A stretch of 53,856 nt of DNA, the filler included, from Streblomastix strix (taxonomy: Eukaryota), in NCBI GenBank assembly GCA_008636045.1. It is 3 parts of 3 records of this genome, joined end to end, with 100 filler letters (N's around TTAATTAATTAA, not from the genome) between each part and the next. Parts side by side here need not be neighbours in the genome. Positions count along the whole stretch, not along the records: positions 1 to 17,899 come from SNRW01000661.1; 2 more parts are not named here. One strand, given 5' to 3'. The translations under genes were made by a program, and so were the position numbers. How positions within the stretch are numbered: position 1 is the first letter of the stretch; every line of letters begins with the position of its first letter. The notes below the pieces were generated by a model that was not told the DNA's origin, made no database searches, and saw only the letters and a list, made by a program, of their open reading frames with translations. Of this stretch, positions 1-11,389 are shown in pieces.

Positions 1-761
1 TGGATCTTTTAATGGATCAATAGCTAATCCAGAACCCATACGTACTAAAGGACAATATGCAGTAATATGCACACCAATCTTTCTGCAGAAATCAACAAGC
101 CTTGTCTGTTGGAGATATGGATGTAATTCAACCTGATTCACTTCTGGTTTGTATATTTATGCACCGTTGTATAACTCATTCAGAAGTTGAACATTGAAGT
201 TTGATACTCCAATATGTTTCACAAGTCCCTTTTGTTTCAGTATTTCCATAGCTTTCCATGTCTCAGCAATAGCAACTGGTTTCCCACCTTATGATATTGG
301 CCAGTGAATTAAGTATTCATCCAAATATGTTATTTATAAATCATTCAGAGTCTCACGGCACATTTTCTCTACTCGATCTGGCGCATGATCACCATTCCAG
401 ACTTTTGATGTGATCCATAAGTCCTCACGCTTAACAGTACCAGATGTGAATATCTCTTTGAAGGCTTCACCGATCTCTTTCTGGTTCTAGTAGATAAATG
501 CACAGTCAAAGTGACGATCTGCGAAAAATAAGAAAAATAAAAATTTGTTAATTTGTGTTAGATGGTATTTCATACATCCAATGCTTATGGCGTGTTTATA
601 TGCCCTATTTTATACAAATTAGAATCATAAAATTAATATTTATCAAACTATATATATTACTTACAAGGTGCATACTCTCTGATCTTGGATTTTTCGCTTG
701 CCCAACTTCCTAACCCTATGACTGGGATCTTCGATCCGTCTGCAAGTGCTGAGTACAGCAT
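1..761 (-). CDS. Aldo-keto reductase (AKR1A-like), 3' end truncated at window edge; introns 605-675 and 519-575
   Basis: Spliced translation with TAR=Gln: MLYSALADGSKIPVIGLGSW...GYRHFDCAFIYQNQKEIGEAF...REDLWITSKVW...LNDLQITYLDEYLIHWP...KGLVKHIGVSNF...NQVELHPYLQQ. Catalytic D/Y/K/H motifs present; GTATG donors and YAG acceptors. Confidence 0.95.
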
Positions 762-1223
762 ATTCTGATGTAAAAATAAAATTAACAAATATTTGTACAA
801 GTTACATAAAAATTGTTTATTAAAATAATAATATTTTTTGTATGGAGCAAGAAATTGCATTTGTTAGTTTTGGAAATATTTTTGTCTTATTTTGTTGGTA
901 TTATGATAGTCAGTTGAGTAATTAAAAATTGATCGTGTATAGACATTAATTTAAGACTTACAGTAATGATTTTAAATCTATGATAATGCTAAAAATCTGT
1001 AAATTGTATAATTAGCAGCATTCAGCAAATTTTTAAGATTTATTAGAAAATAAAAAAGTAATATAAAAATTTCAGTTCCAGATCAATCATTTAAATACCA
1101 AATAACTTCTATTGAATGAGAAATTAATCGCACAAAAGTGTAAAAAAAAAAGTTAATGCTCTTTAAATTGCACACTGCGAAGTTACCTAAAGCAGTTTAA
1201 ATTCCAAATTAGAGCAAGGCTGT

Positions 1224-4200
1224 TCATTAGCTGCCTGAAAGTTGCTCGATAATATTCGGTAGTATCTGCTTTGCTTAATTTTCATTATTGATGTCCAGCC
1301 ACTGCTAGTCAAGAGGCGTTGAATCATCATTTGACTCTGGAAATTGAAAATAATTAAATGTGTTATATGAACTCAAGTAAGGCTACAGAGATGAAGAAGG
1401 TATTGTCGAAGTTTTTTGTAGCTTTTCTTCTGATGTGTGAACAGAATGGGTTTTATTCACATTTCCTTCTCTTCTGCTGCCATAAGCATCTAATTATCCA
1501 ATCTCTGATGTCAGTCTTGCATCACTATCATCTTATGCATCACTCAAATCATTATTGCTAATCTTTGGTACAAATGATTTTCTCTCATCATTTGGAATCA
1601 AAGATTACTAAATGTTTTTCATTTATTTATCTGGTAATGAAAATTGATCTGATATTGCAATATTATTTTATCCTTCATATGGAGATGATTGTTGTTATTA
1701 TCCAACTTGCTTTGTATCTTGTTATTCAACTGCTGGTGTTATTAATTTCGGATTATACAGCTAATCAAAATTTAAGAAAGTTTGATCTTAATTTTGATTA
1801 TTCATGTCATAATTATTTCTTATTTGTCCAATCTCAATTGCAGTACTAATAATGTCAGTATGTATCGGCATATTCTTATCCTGAGCTGTAATCTGCATTT
1901 AATTTGTTTGTATTTACTAATTAGTTGAATATGAAGGATCTGGAATAGATAATTGTATATTCTTTGATGGTTAATAACTGGTTTCCAATCCTGGAGGTGG
2001 AATATCAGATTCTTTTTGTTAATTGGGAATTGTATCAGTTATTGATTTGGTAAGGATAGAATTGTTGTTGATGTTGCTGTTATTGTTATTATTGAATTAA
2101 ATTGAACGATTTGAGACAAATTACTAATAATCAGATGATTATTGTTGTTGTTGTTATTATTATTGATTTGATAATTATGCAATTTTAGATGTTGCATTAT
2201 TGCTACTCTTTGAAAGTGATCTATTATTCTTTAGTATTGGTGATAGCAGTGATCCAGCTGTAAAATTCGTTGTCGGAGGGCTTCTCTGCTTTGAATTAAC
2301 TAACGGCTGTAAAATATTGGATTGAAAATTCATATTCTGTGGTTAATTTTATGAATTTGAATATGCATTTTGAATTGGATCAAGAGGAAGCATAGAATTC
2401 TAACCATTAATAGTAATGTTTGGATTTGATTACTATTACAGTTGGCTGTATTACTTTGCTGTATCCTAGTTAGAACTAGCAAACATCTAACTGTACATAT
2501 CAATTGAAGGCGAATCAGCTTATAGGAAATGGTTATAAGATGGACTATATATACTTGGAGATTGTAATTGATTCAAATATGGAGGAGTTAATTGATGATT
2601 GTCAGAAGAAGGTGAAAATGATTGAATATATTGTGGATCTTGGATTTGGTCGTCTGATGTTATATATTAATTATTATTATTGATGTTGTTATTTGTACTG
2701 AAATGATCAATGTTGAATGTAAATGCTCCATATGAAGAAGATGATGATTATGATTGTGGATTTAATTATACATTTAATGATTGTGATAAACTAGATGAAG
2801 ATTTAGATTGTATGATTAATGATTATTGTTCATTAACTTTCTCTTTATCATTGATATTGACATTGCCAATATTATTATCATCTTTTAATTGTTTGAGAAT
2901 TTGCATTTCATCTGATTTTGGACTTAATTTCACATTTTACTGTAAATTCAGATCTTGTCTTGAAGGATAATCGAAAGAACCGATTTCTGATGAAAATTAT
3001 TCAAATAACGAAAACTGATTTGTGAATCCAGGTTGATTCTAAGATGAACTTTCATCCAGATCAGATTAATTAATTATTGATGGAGATTAGAAGTCAGTCT
3101 GCGGAATAACTGGAGATAATCCGATCATCTAATTGTTGTATTATTATGGAATATATCTTCCAAGAGTTTGTGGTGTGGTTATTTATTGCAGATGATCTGA
3201 ATATAAGGATTATGATCTGATATTCTGTGGTGAGTCAATTTAATCTGATGATGTATTCATTGATTGAATGATTTGTGGATTTGATTATGATGATGATTAT
3301 TATGATGATTGTTGCTATTATTATAATTATAAATTGTTATCTTCAGTATTTGGATGTTGTGGATAAGATGATGATGATGATGATGATGATGATGATATCA
3401 TTTGCATATATTCTGGTGGTGTGATCTTATCATCTGATTATTTTGATTATTAATAATATGATTATGAAGATGATTATTATTATTATGTTAATGAATTAGA
3501 AGGAAATAGTTTTGATTCCTTTTGAGGATAAGAATTAGAAGAAGAAGATGATGATGAAGAAGAAGTAAATTAAGGAGTAAACTAAGAAGTAAAAGTATTC
3601 GTGTTTGAATTTGTGTTGTGAATGGGATTTGCATCGTGTTATGAGTTCAATGTTGATTAAATACCGTGAAAAATAAAAGGTTGTTATTAATACATATTTG
3701 TCTTAGATGATTATGAAGATGAGGATGATTAGTTATAAGATTATAATTGCTGTTAATTATACGGATAATATGAAAGTGATTCTTTTTATGGATTGTCCAA
3801 AAAGCTGAAGTCCAAATTCATCTGTAAATCACTTTCAACGTCAATATCTTCGTTGCTCATATTGACGATATTATCATTGTCGATAATTTATGATGCCAGG
3901 AATTATTGAGAAAGAGATTTATGCGGAAATAAAAGTTGTGAACTTAGATCTTCTTCTTATAGACTTGCTAATGATGAAGAATTATCAGATATTGGATTGG
4001 ATTGCGTTAGTTTGCTTTAATCTGATTGGGAATTGGTTTTGATTGTATCTGAAATATTATTGTCTTTGTTTTGTTATGGATTTATTTATAGTGGTTATTG
4101 TTGTATTATTTATATAATGGAATCTGAATCATGCTTTTGAGTAGTATTATTAAGTTAATTAGTTTCAAGTTAATTATTTTCTTTCTGTTTATTGTAATGA

Positions 4201-6311
4201 AACTCATTTTAAGGTTTTTTGTTTTATTTCACTTATTTATTTTCATCACTATGTTGAACAATCTAATTATTAATATCATTTTATTCTTATTTTTATTCTT
4301 CCTACAATATTTCAGTTTTAATTTCTCCATCTTAATTCTCAATTTTGAATTCATTATCATATTATTACTATTATTGTTGTTGTTATATTTAATTCCCATC
4401 AAACTAAAACATTGATTAGTTCTCACCGTACCATTTCTCCAATTTCTTCTGGTAATATTATGATTGATCTTAATTAGTATTATATTATGATTGTATTTAT
4501 TGGTTGTGGATCTGCTGTTAAAGTAATTGATTCTATAGTTGTTAATGCGAATTTTGACCATTTTGATGGTTCTAGCGCTAGAAAGGATTGTTTAAATTGT
4601 ATTATTGTGTTTAATCGGTAATATATTAGTGGTACATCTGATTTATATTCATTGTCATATTCAAGTTTAAATTCATGTTGTTGTAATTGTTCATATTTAA
4701 GTTCAATGGGAACGGCATCTGATTCATATTCATGTTCATGTTCATTGGATATTGCATTTGCCCAGGAAGTTGCATCTAATAAGGATGTTATTATTATTAT
4801 TATTATTATTACAATTATTATTAAACTGGCAACATTCCTTTCGGAACAAACTCCTTCGCTGTTGCATTCAACTACAATTACTATTTTGAGCCCTGCTACT
4901 GCTGCTGATGTATCTTCAAGTATTCAGTCAGTATATCATCAATTCCACTTTCCTTCCTCTTAACCTACTGATGATAATCATCATATCAGCCCCATTTACG
5001 CTAACAGTTGAGTTTCACTTTGCATGACTCAATATCCAGAGTTCCATTAGTTCCTTAGAAAAGTGAGATGATGTGCATCTCAGCTTCAATTGTGTTGTCG
5101 AATGTTACAAGTCCTCCACCAGTTAATTATCCATATTGATCAAAGTATAGAGCTACTTTAACTACATCTTGTCCCCATTTCTGCTGTAGATCAATTAGTA
5201 TAGTGTTCTCATTGAACATATCATTGTCTATCATAATATTATGCATCAGTTCAGCCGGATTGAACCTAAACTTGATCTCATTCAGGATAATCTTCCTATC
5301 TAACCATAGAAACTGCAATCCAAGCCATCCTCCTTCTCTTTATGTCATCTACCAAGCTACTTCTGCAACGGCTCTTGTTCGATATCTGACTGAAATCTGG
5401 ATTCTCTGCTTGTTGTTGAATCGCTCGTATTGGAGAACGTCTTCACGGACTATGGCACCGCGCTCTCTGTTATATATTAATATATTATATTGATATTAAT
5501 TAAGAAATTGTTTATTGGTTATATATTTAAATAAAATTCTAATTAATTATATATACCCTAATAACAAATCTATAAATTCCTCGGCTAATGNNNNNNNNNN
5601 NNNNNNNNNNNNNNNNNNNNNNNNNNNNNNNNNNNNNNNNNNNNNNNNNNNNNNNNNNNNNNNNNNNNNNNNNNNNNNNNNNNNNNNNNNTCTCTGTTAT
5701 ATATTAATATATTATATTGATATTAATTAAGAAATTGTTTATTGGTTATATATTTAAATAAAATTCTAATTAATTATATATACCCTAATAACAAATCTAT
5801 AAATTCCTCGGCTAATGGATTTGCTCTTCCGTGAATGAATGCAATTGTGTTGCGTTTAGCTGGTGTGAATACAATGATGCGTAATGGCTCACCTTCTTTT
5901 ACGTAGAATCGCTGGAAAGTTTAAAATGAGTAAAATGAACAAAAAAATTAAATTTGTGAATATGAATTAAAAATAAAATACAAACATCAACTTGTTTTTC
6001 TATCAGTCTCCGAGGGGTTTCTGGTTCATCAAACGAGACAAAGAAGTTGGTTGTTCCACTACTGGCCTTTGGAGCCATTGCCATTGTGGCACCAAGCAAA
6101 GGTTTATACAGTTGTTGCAAATTTGGCCAGTCAATATCTGTTATGTGGCACCGGACCATTATTTCCCCTATATACGAAGAATAAAAGGATTTTGTTTATT
6201 TATAAGCGATAAAATATAAATATAAAACAGACATTTTTGCCAGCACTGGCGAGATTATTGGTGCGAACTGTCGTCACTGTCTTTTGAACCCTTGCCCGAG
6301 AACCGGGCCAT
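1224..6311 (-). CDS. RNA-binding protein: divergent N-terminal RRM-like domains, PAM2 motif, about 1,250 aa Q/N/S-rich low-complexity tail; one internal in-frame TGA at 4986-4988
   Basis: RNP1-like motifs (TNFFVSFDEP; GQLTGGGLVTFDN). PAM2 LNATAKEFVP at 4842-4871. Frame read by hand as open (TAR=Gln) from 4985 to the TGA at 1224-1226. Introns near the 5' end; assembly gap at 5591-5690. Confidence 0.8.
5464..5817. other. Scaffold gap (100 N, 5591-5690) flanked by an identical 127-bp overlap (5464-5590 = 5691-5817); assembly artefact
   Basis: Exact duplication on both sides of the Ns. 127 bp matches a common de Bruijn k-mer size. The gene reads through once the overlap is collapsed. Confidence 0.9.
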
Positions 6312-6922
6312 TGTTCTTATTCTATATCTACAAAAATAGATATAAAATATATAAGTAAAAATTAATTTTTATATTTAAAGAGGGAGAAACAAAAGAGTGA
6401 GGCTAGGGGATTTTGAAAAGTTTCTTGTTATCGTTCAAGGCTACAGAAAGAGTATAATTTGCTGGAGATTTAATAATGCCATAGACATTTATGTTTAATA
6501 TATGCTATCAACATTAATGGCTTGAATTACAACTTAAATTGCTAAAAACTCAAGAATATAGCCAAATCTCACTATAAAATTTTATCTGTGCTTAAAAAGC
6601 ATTTGGATCGTTTGTCTGATGGATTGTATATATAATAAATTTTTATAAGAATTTTATAAGATTTTAGTGAATGAAAAGACCACGAAGAATGTTTTTTCAT
6701 TATAAGGAAATTTCAAAATTCAACAAAAGAAAAAAAAATCCAAATCAATCTATCCTAGCATTGGCTTTATTATGATCACATTAGGCTCTTAATTGTAGTT
6801 GTATAGCAAGGTCACTAAATATTAAAGATAAATAATAATAAAAAGCTCTGCTAAACAAAAACATGATCTATTCGAGTGAGTTAAGCATTGAATTATTTTG
6901 ATTATTAAGCATTGATGTCCTT

Positions 6923-7984
6923 TCAAAGCAGAAGTACTAGAATAGGTAGTAACATAGTTGTTGTAATCACGCTCAGAGTTACCCTCATTGATCCAGAATA
7001 GCAAATCCCACCTTTGAAATACCTTGGATCTTTTTCCAGATCTTTCTTATCAATTGGACATGGACACACATCTTATATTGTATCTGCTTATATTTCACTG
7101 CTACAATCAATGGCAAAGTCTTCATTGAATATAACTTCACCTTCGTGGTATTCACTCCCATTGATTGGAACTTTTGTTACCTCAAATTTTTCCTAATCAT
7201 ATTCAAATGGAGCCAAAAGCCAATTATCATCTTCCCAGCCAAAAATAATTCCATATGCATATCCTTATGTATTTGCTACTACACCAAATCGAGTGAGCGC
7301 CAACTTCATTGTTGTTGCATTATTTCCTGTTATTATTCCATCTCTATATCCTTTCATAATAACATCTGGTTATGCTTCAGGATCACTTTCATTAGTGCAC
7401 TTTGTAGTATCCACTGGAACTTGATTGTTAACAAAACACTCAGTACTTGCAACTCCATATTTCTTAAGAGTGAAACCATAGTAATCTAATGGATTGCGTT
7501 CGCTGGCACATTTATGACCAGTGACTACATTCCTAGTATCTCCATCTTTATCAATATATGTGACTTTCTCAGGACTCTTTGCAATGAGCCACGTCATACT
7601 TGGAACAATATCAATGTCTTTGATTGCCTTTATTGTGTACCCGAGAAGCGCTTAATGCCTCATAGAGTAATAATCCTGCTATTAACACCTAACTTGATAC
7701 TGTGAAAGATATTATGCTATTTTAAGATTAGTAATTTCCTCCTTTGGAAGTGAACTGAAAGATTTATCTTCTATTGATGTACCTTCTCTTAAAGGCCTAA
7801 AAGCATAAATGGGTTTATTTGTATAACTATTATCCACCCTTGAATCAATTGTTAGAATATCATTATCATCTATTTTTTGGGTATAATATTATATTACCTT
7901 GGTCCATTCATTTTCATTGATCTTTCTGGAAATGGATGGTTTTGCAACTGAGAGTAGAACGAGTGTAAACACTAATAGAAGCAT
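6923..7984 (-). CDS. Secreted, probably GPI-anchored surface protein (353 aa) with a papain-like degenerate core and a CPCP...DPR motif
   Basis: Intronless TAR=Gln ORF. N-terminal signal MLLLVFTLVLLSVA; KLALTRFGVV...YGIIFGWEDDNWLL; VCPCPIDKKDLEKDPR; hydrophobic C-terminus SGSMRVTLSVITTTMLLPILVLLL then TGA. Confidence 0.8.
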
Positions 7985-8578
7985 ATTATAAGCCCTGCAA
8001 ATTAAAAAAAAATTGTTAAATAACGTTCGAAATGTTTGTATATTGTATAAATTGTCAGAAATTATTAAATTTGCTCAGATCCTCTGTATTAGCAACATTT
8101 AATGTTCATTTCTTTATTCTTTTAGTCAAATTAAAAATTTATAGAGTAATGAACACACATTCACAACAGATTTGAATCTAGTTTTAAAACAAGAGCCATA
8201 TTTCACTAAAATTAAACATTTTGTGCTTAATGTGTAATTCGAATATTTATTTCATGAATTTAACTAAATTAAAACTCATAAATATTTTCTAATAATTTAT
8301 TAGTCAAATAAAGAAGATTACATCATTTGAGATATTGGACAAAAACTTTTACAGAATTGTGCGCAAGCTATAGATGTATTCCTAGTTACTCATAGTTAAA
8401 TTTCTTTGTAAATATAAATCATATGTTTGATTTTACTATTCACAAACTTGATTTAACGGGCAGGGAAGAAAACAAAAATGCTTGTAAAAATGTTACTCAA
8501 CACCTCAAAGACACTGATATAAAATTTTAATTTTCAAATTTTTATTATTTGCAATATTATTTTTCAGATTAACTACAT

Positions 8579-11064
8579 ATGGAGGCGCCAACACTACTGG
8601 ACGCCGCGCTCGACCTGAACCCGAAGAAAGTGTTTGAGGCCCTTGGCGTGAGCACAGAAGGTGTTAGTGAGGTGCGATAAGCGCGTGTTGCTGCATTTCT
8701 CGCACAGAGTGCTCGAGCATTGGAACGGGCGCTTGAGGACCATGAGAAGAAGGGCATAAGTATAGAAACACAGCTCGAAAAATCATTGTAACTTACACCA
8801 GAGCAAGCAGCGAAGGGTAGTGCTTCATTTCATGAACTTTTCTGTATGAGCCAATTAATTAATTGTTATTTTCAATTTTTATCTTCTTCCAGTTGGAAAG
8901 AAAAAGCCTTTGCCAATAATACAAACTATAGATTAGGACAAATCCAACCAACCCACAAAGATGATAGCTGTACCATAGATAAGAGAGCTTACAGAAGAAG
9001 AGAAAACTCAACCAGCAACTAAGAGAGAGCTTGCAGAGATGGAATTGAGATTGTTAGCTTTCTTAGAAGAAGTATGAACAATTATTTAATTTAATTTATT
9101 TCATCAAATACAAAATATTCTTTTAATCGTTAATCATTCAGAAACTTGGTAGAAGAAGTTCAGTTCAATAATCTGTGAATATGAATATGTAATCATCTTC
9201 ATCATCATCATCGTCAAGTAATGAAACACCTTCGCAGATATTCGTAACTCTGCCGAAATCACAAAGTTTGAGAATATCAAAATAATTTTCATATTTTAAT
9301 CTATTAATTAAATTAATTAAATATTTATTATTATATATATTAATTATTTATTAATACAAACAGTTGAAGATAAAGATAAACCCAAATCTGGAACCATCAC
9401 TTTGGACAAAAAGAAAACAAAAGACAAGAAAAAGAAGAAAGATAAAAAGAAAAAATCAAAATCATCAAAAAAAGACAAAGACAAAGAAAAAATAAAATCT
9501 AAAAGCAAAAGTAAATCTAAAAGCAGTGATTCAGATGCATCTTCGTCTTCATCTAATTCATCTGATGATGAAGATGATGATTCAAGTAATGATTCAAGTA
9601 AAGAAGATGATGATGATGATGATGAAGATGATTCAAGTTCTGATTCTGAAGATTCTGGTAAGATAACTGCAGAGGAAAAGAAAATTCCATTTATTGGAAG
9701 GATTAAGAAGAAGTAAGGAAAATTCAGTGTGTTATTGGATTAATGAATGAATGAATATTATTTTCCCAATTTATTATTAATAATTTTATTATTTTAATAA
9801 TTTTATTAATTTATTCAATTTTTCTTCATATATTATATATTATTAAAAGTGCGTGTTCCATTCAATCTAACAGGAATAACAGGTGCCACTCAAGCAGGTA
9901 ATATAGTGACATTCTCACATTCCTCAAGTTCATCGATATTCTTGAAATAGACATTCACTGCTGGAATATGGAGAATGTATGTATTTATATACTATAATAA
10001 TAATAAAAGGAAATTATTATATTATAATATGTTATAATGAAATAAAATAACAATTATATTTATATTTGTTATTTTATCAATCAAGTAACTTCTAATTCCT
10101 TAGTAGTGGTTCTAATGAGATAGGTGGTGTTACATTATTATTGAATATATAGATATAATAGTTTATTATTATATTTTATATTTAATATTATATTATATAA
10201 TATATTCATAAAATAAATATAACTTCAAGCTATTGGTGCTGCAATTGTATGTTTTTATATAAAATCATATTATTAATATGAGTATGAAACAAATAATTAC
10301 AATTACAATTAAATCAAATTAACTTTCAATAAACACTCATCAATTTAATTTTTTTTTCTAATCTAATTCAATTTAGTCAACTTGGACTAACACAGGATTT
10401 ATGGGTAATGACAGATAAAGCGTTGATTATAATAAAAGGTTTGTAAATCTAAAAATTAATAAAAAAAATAAATTTAAGAAATAAATCATAAATACATTAA
10501 ATGAAAATGTTAATAATATTGAATATTTAAATTTTACATTTATTATTGTTTTATATTTAATATTTAATATATAGTGGGTCACTTTACTATAATTCAAATG
10601 CAACTTCTGGAAACAAAGCATTTACCATGAATGATGTCCTTGGGATGGAAATTAACATGAGTGTATGTTTTATAATAATTAATTACTTATTGTTTTATAT
10701 ATAATTATTAAATACTTGTAAATTTATTTATAAATATTAATAATAAACTTTTTATTAATATAATTTTATAGTAAAGAAAGATCTACTTCTTCCACTCATA
10801 CAAACAACAGCCTGTTTGTATTGGTAACATCCCTTTAAGCATCAAAGTTGGAGTATGATATATAATAAAATATTATTAATATAAACATTAATATATTTAT
10901 TATTAATAATAATTAATATTTATTCATTTATATTATATAATATATCATAATAGACCTGCAGTTCACAGTCAGACACTCGTTTCTAAGTTGTCTCAGTCTA
11001 CAAACTGAAGAAAGCACTCGCACTTCCTGCTGTATCTACAAGTGTTGTAAATTGGGAGTCTTGA
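8579..11064 (+). CDS. Multi-exon protein with K-rich and S/D-rich tracts and a C-terminal SPRY-like beta domain
   Basis: About 10 exons with GTATG/GTTTG/GTGTG donors. C-terminus GSLYYNSNATSGNKAFTMNDVLGMEINM...RKIYFFHSYKQQPVCIGNIP...VVNWES then TGA. Some micro-exon boundaries uncertain. Confidence 0.7.
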
Positions 11065-11389
11065 GTATTTAATACGAAATGGATGATAAAATGAATATGA
11101 AAATATAAAAATCAATGGAGTAGAAGCAAGAAATAATGTTATGTTCTGTTATTGGATTGAGTATATTAGCTTGTTTTTATTTTAAACTCATTTCAACTTT
11201 TTATAAATAAAACTTTAAAAATTAAAGTAAAAAAATATCAAATCTTCATTTTCTAGACTTATTATCGCTTTTATTTATTGGTATTTATAAAAATCAATGA
11301 ATGATATGAGATGGAAGTTAAGTAACGCACCTAATATAGCTAGTATTGACAAATATGTATGAAATACTAAACAAGACTGTATTAAATCA

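Noticed and set aside
1157..1216. Hairpin just after the terminal stop of the RRM-PAM2 gene as a possible SECIS
   Set aside because: Only short stems (TGCTCT/AGAGCA, ACTGC/GCAGT) and no AUGA/GA quartet in proper geometry; selenocysteine is not supported.
5464..5817. 127-bp direct repeat around the N gap
   Set aside because: Assembler overlap, not a biological duplication.
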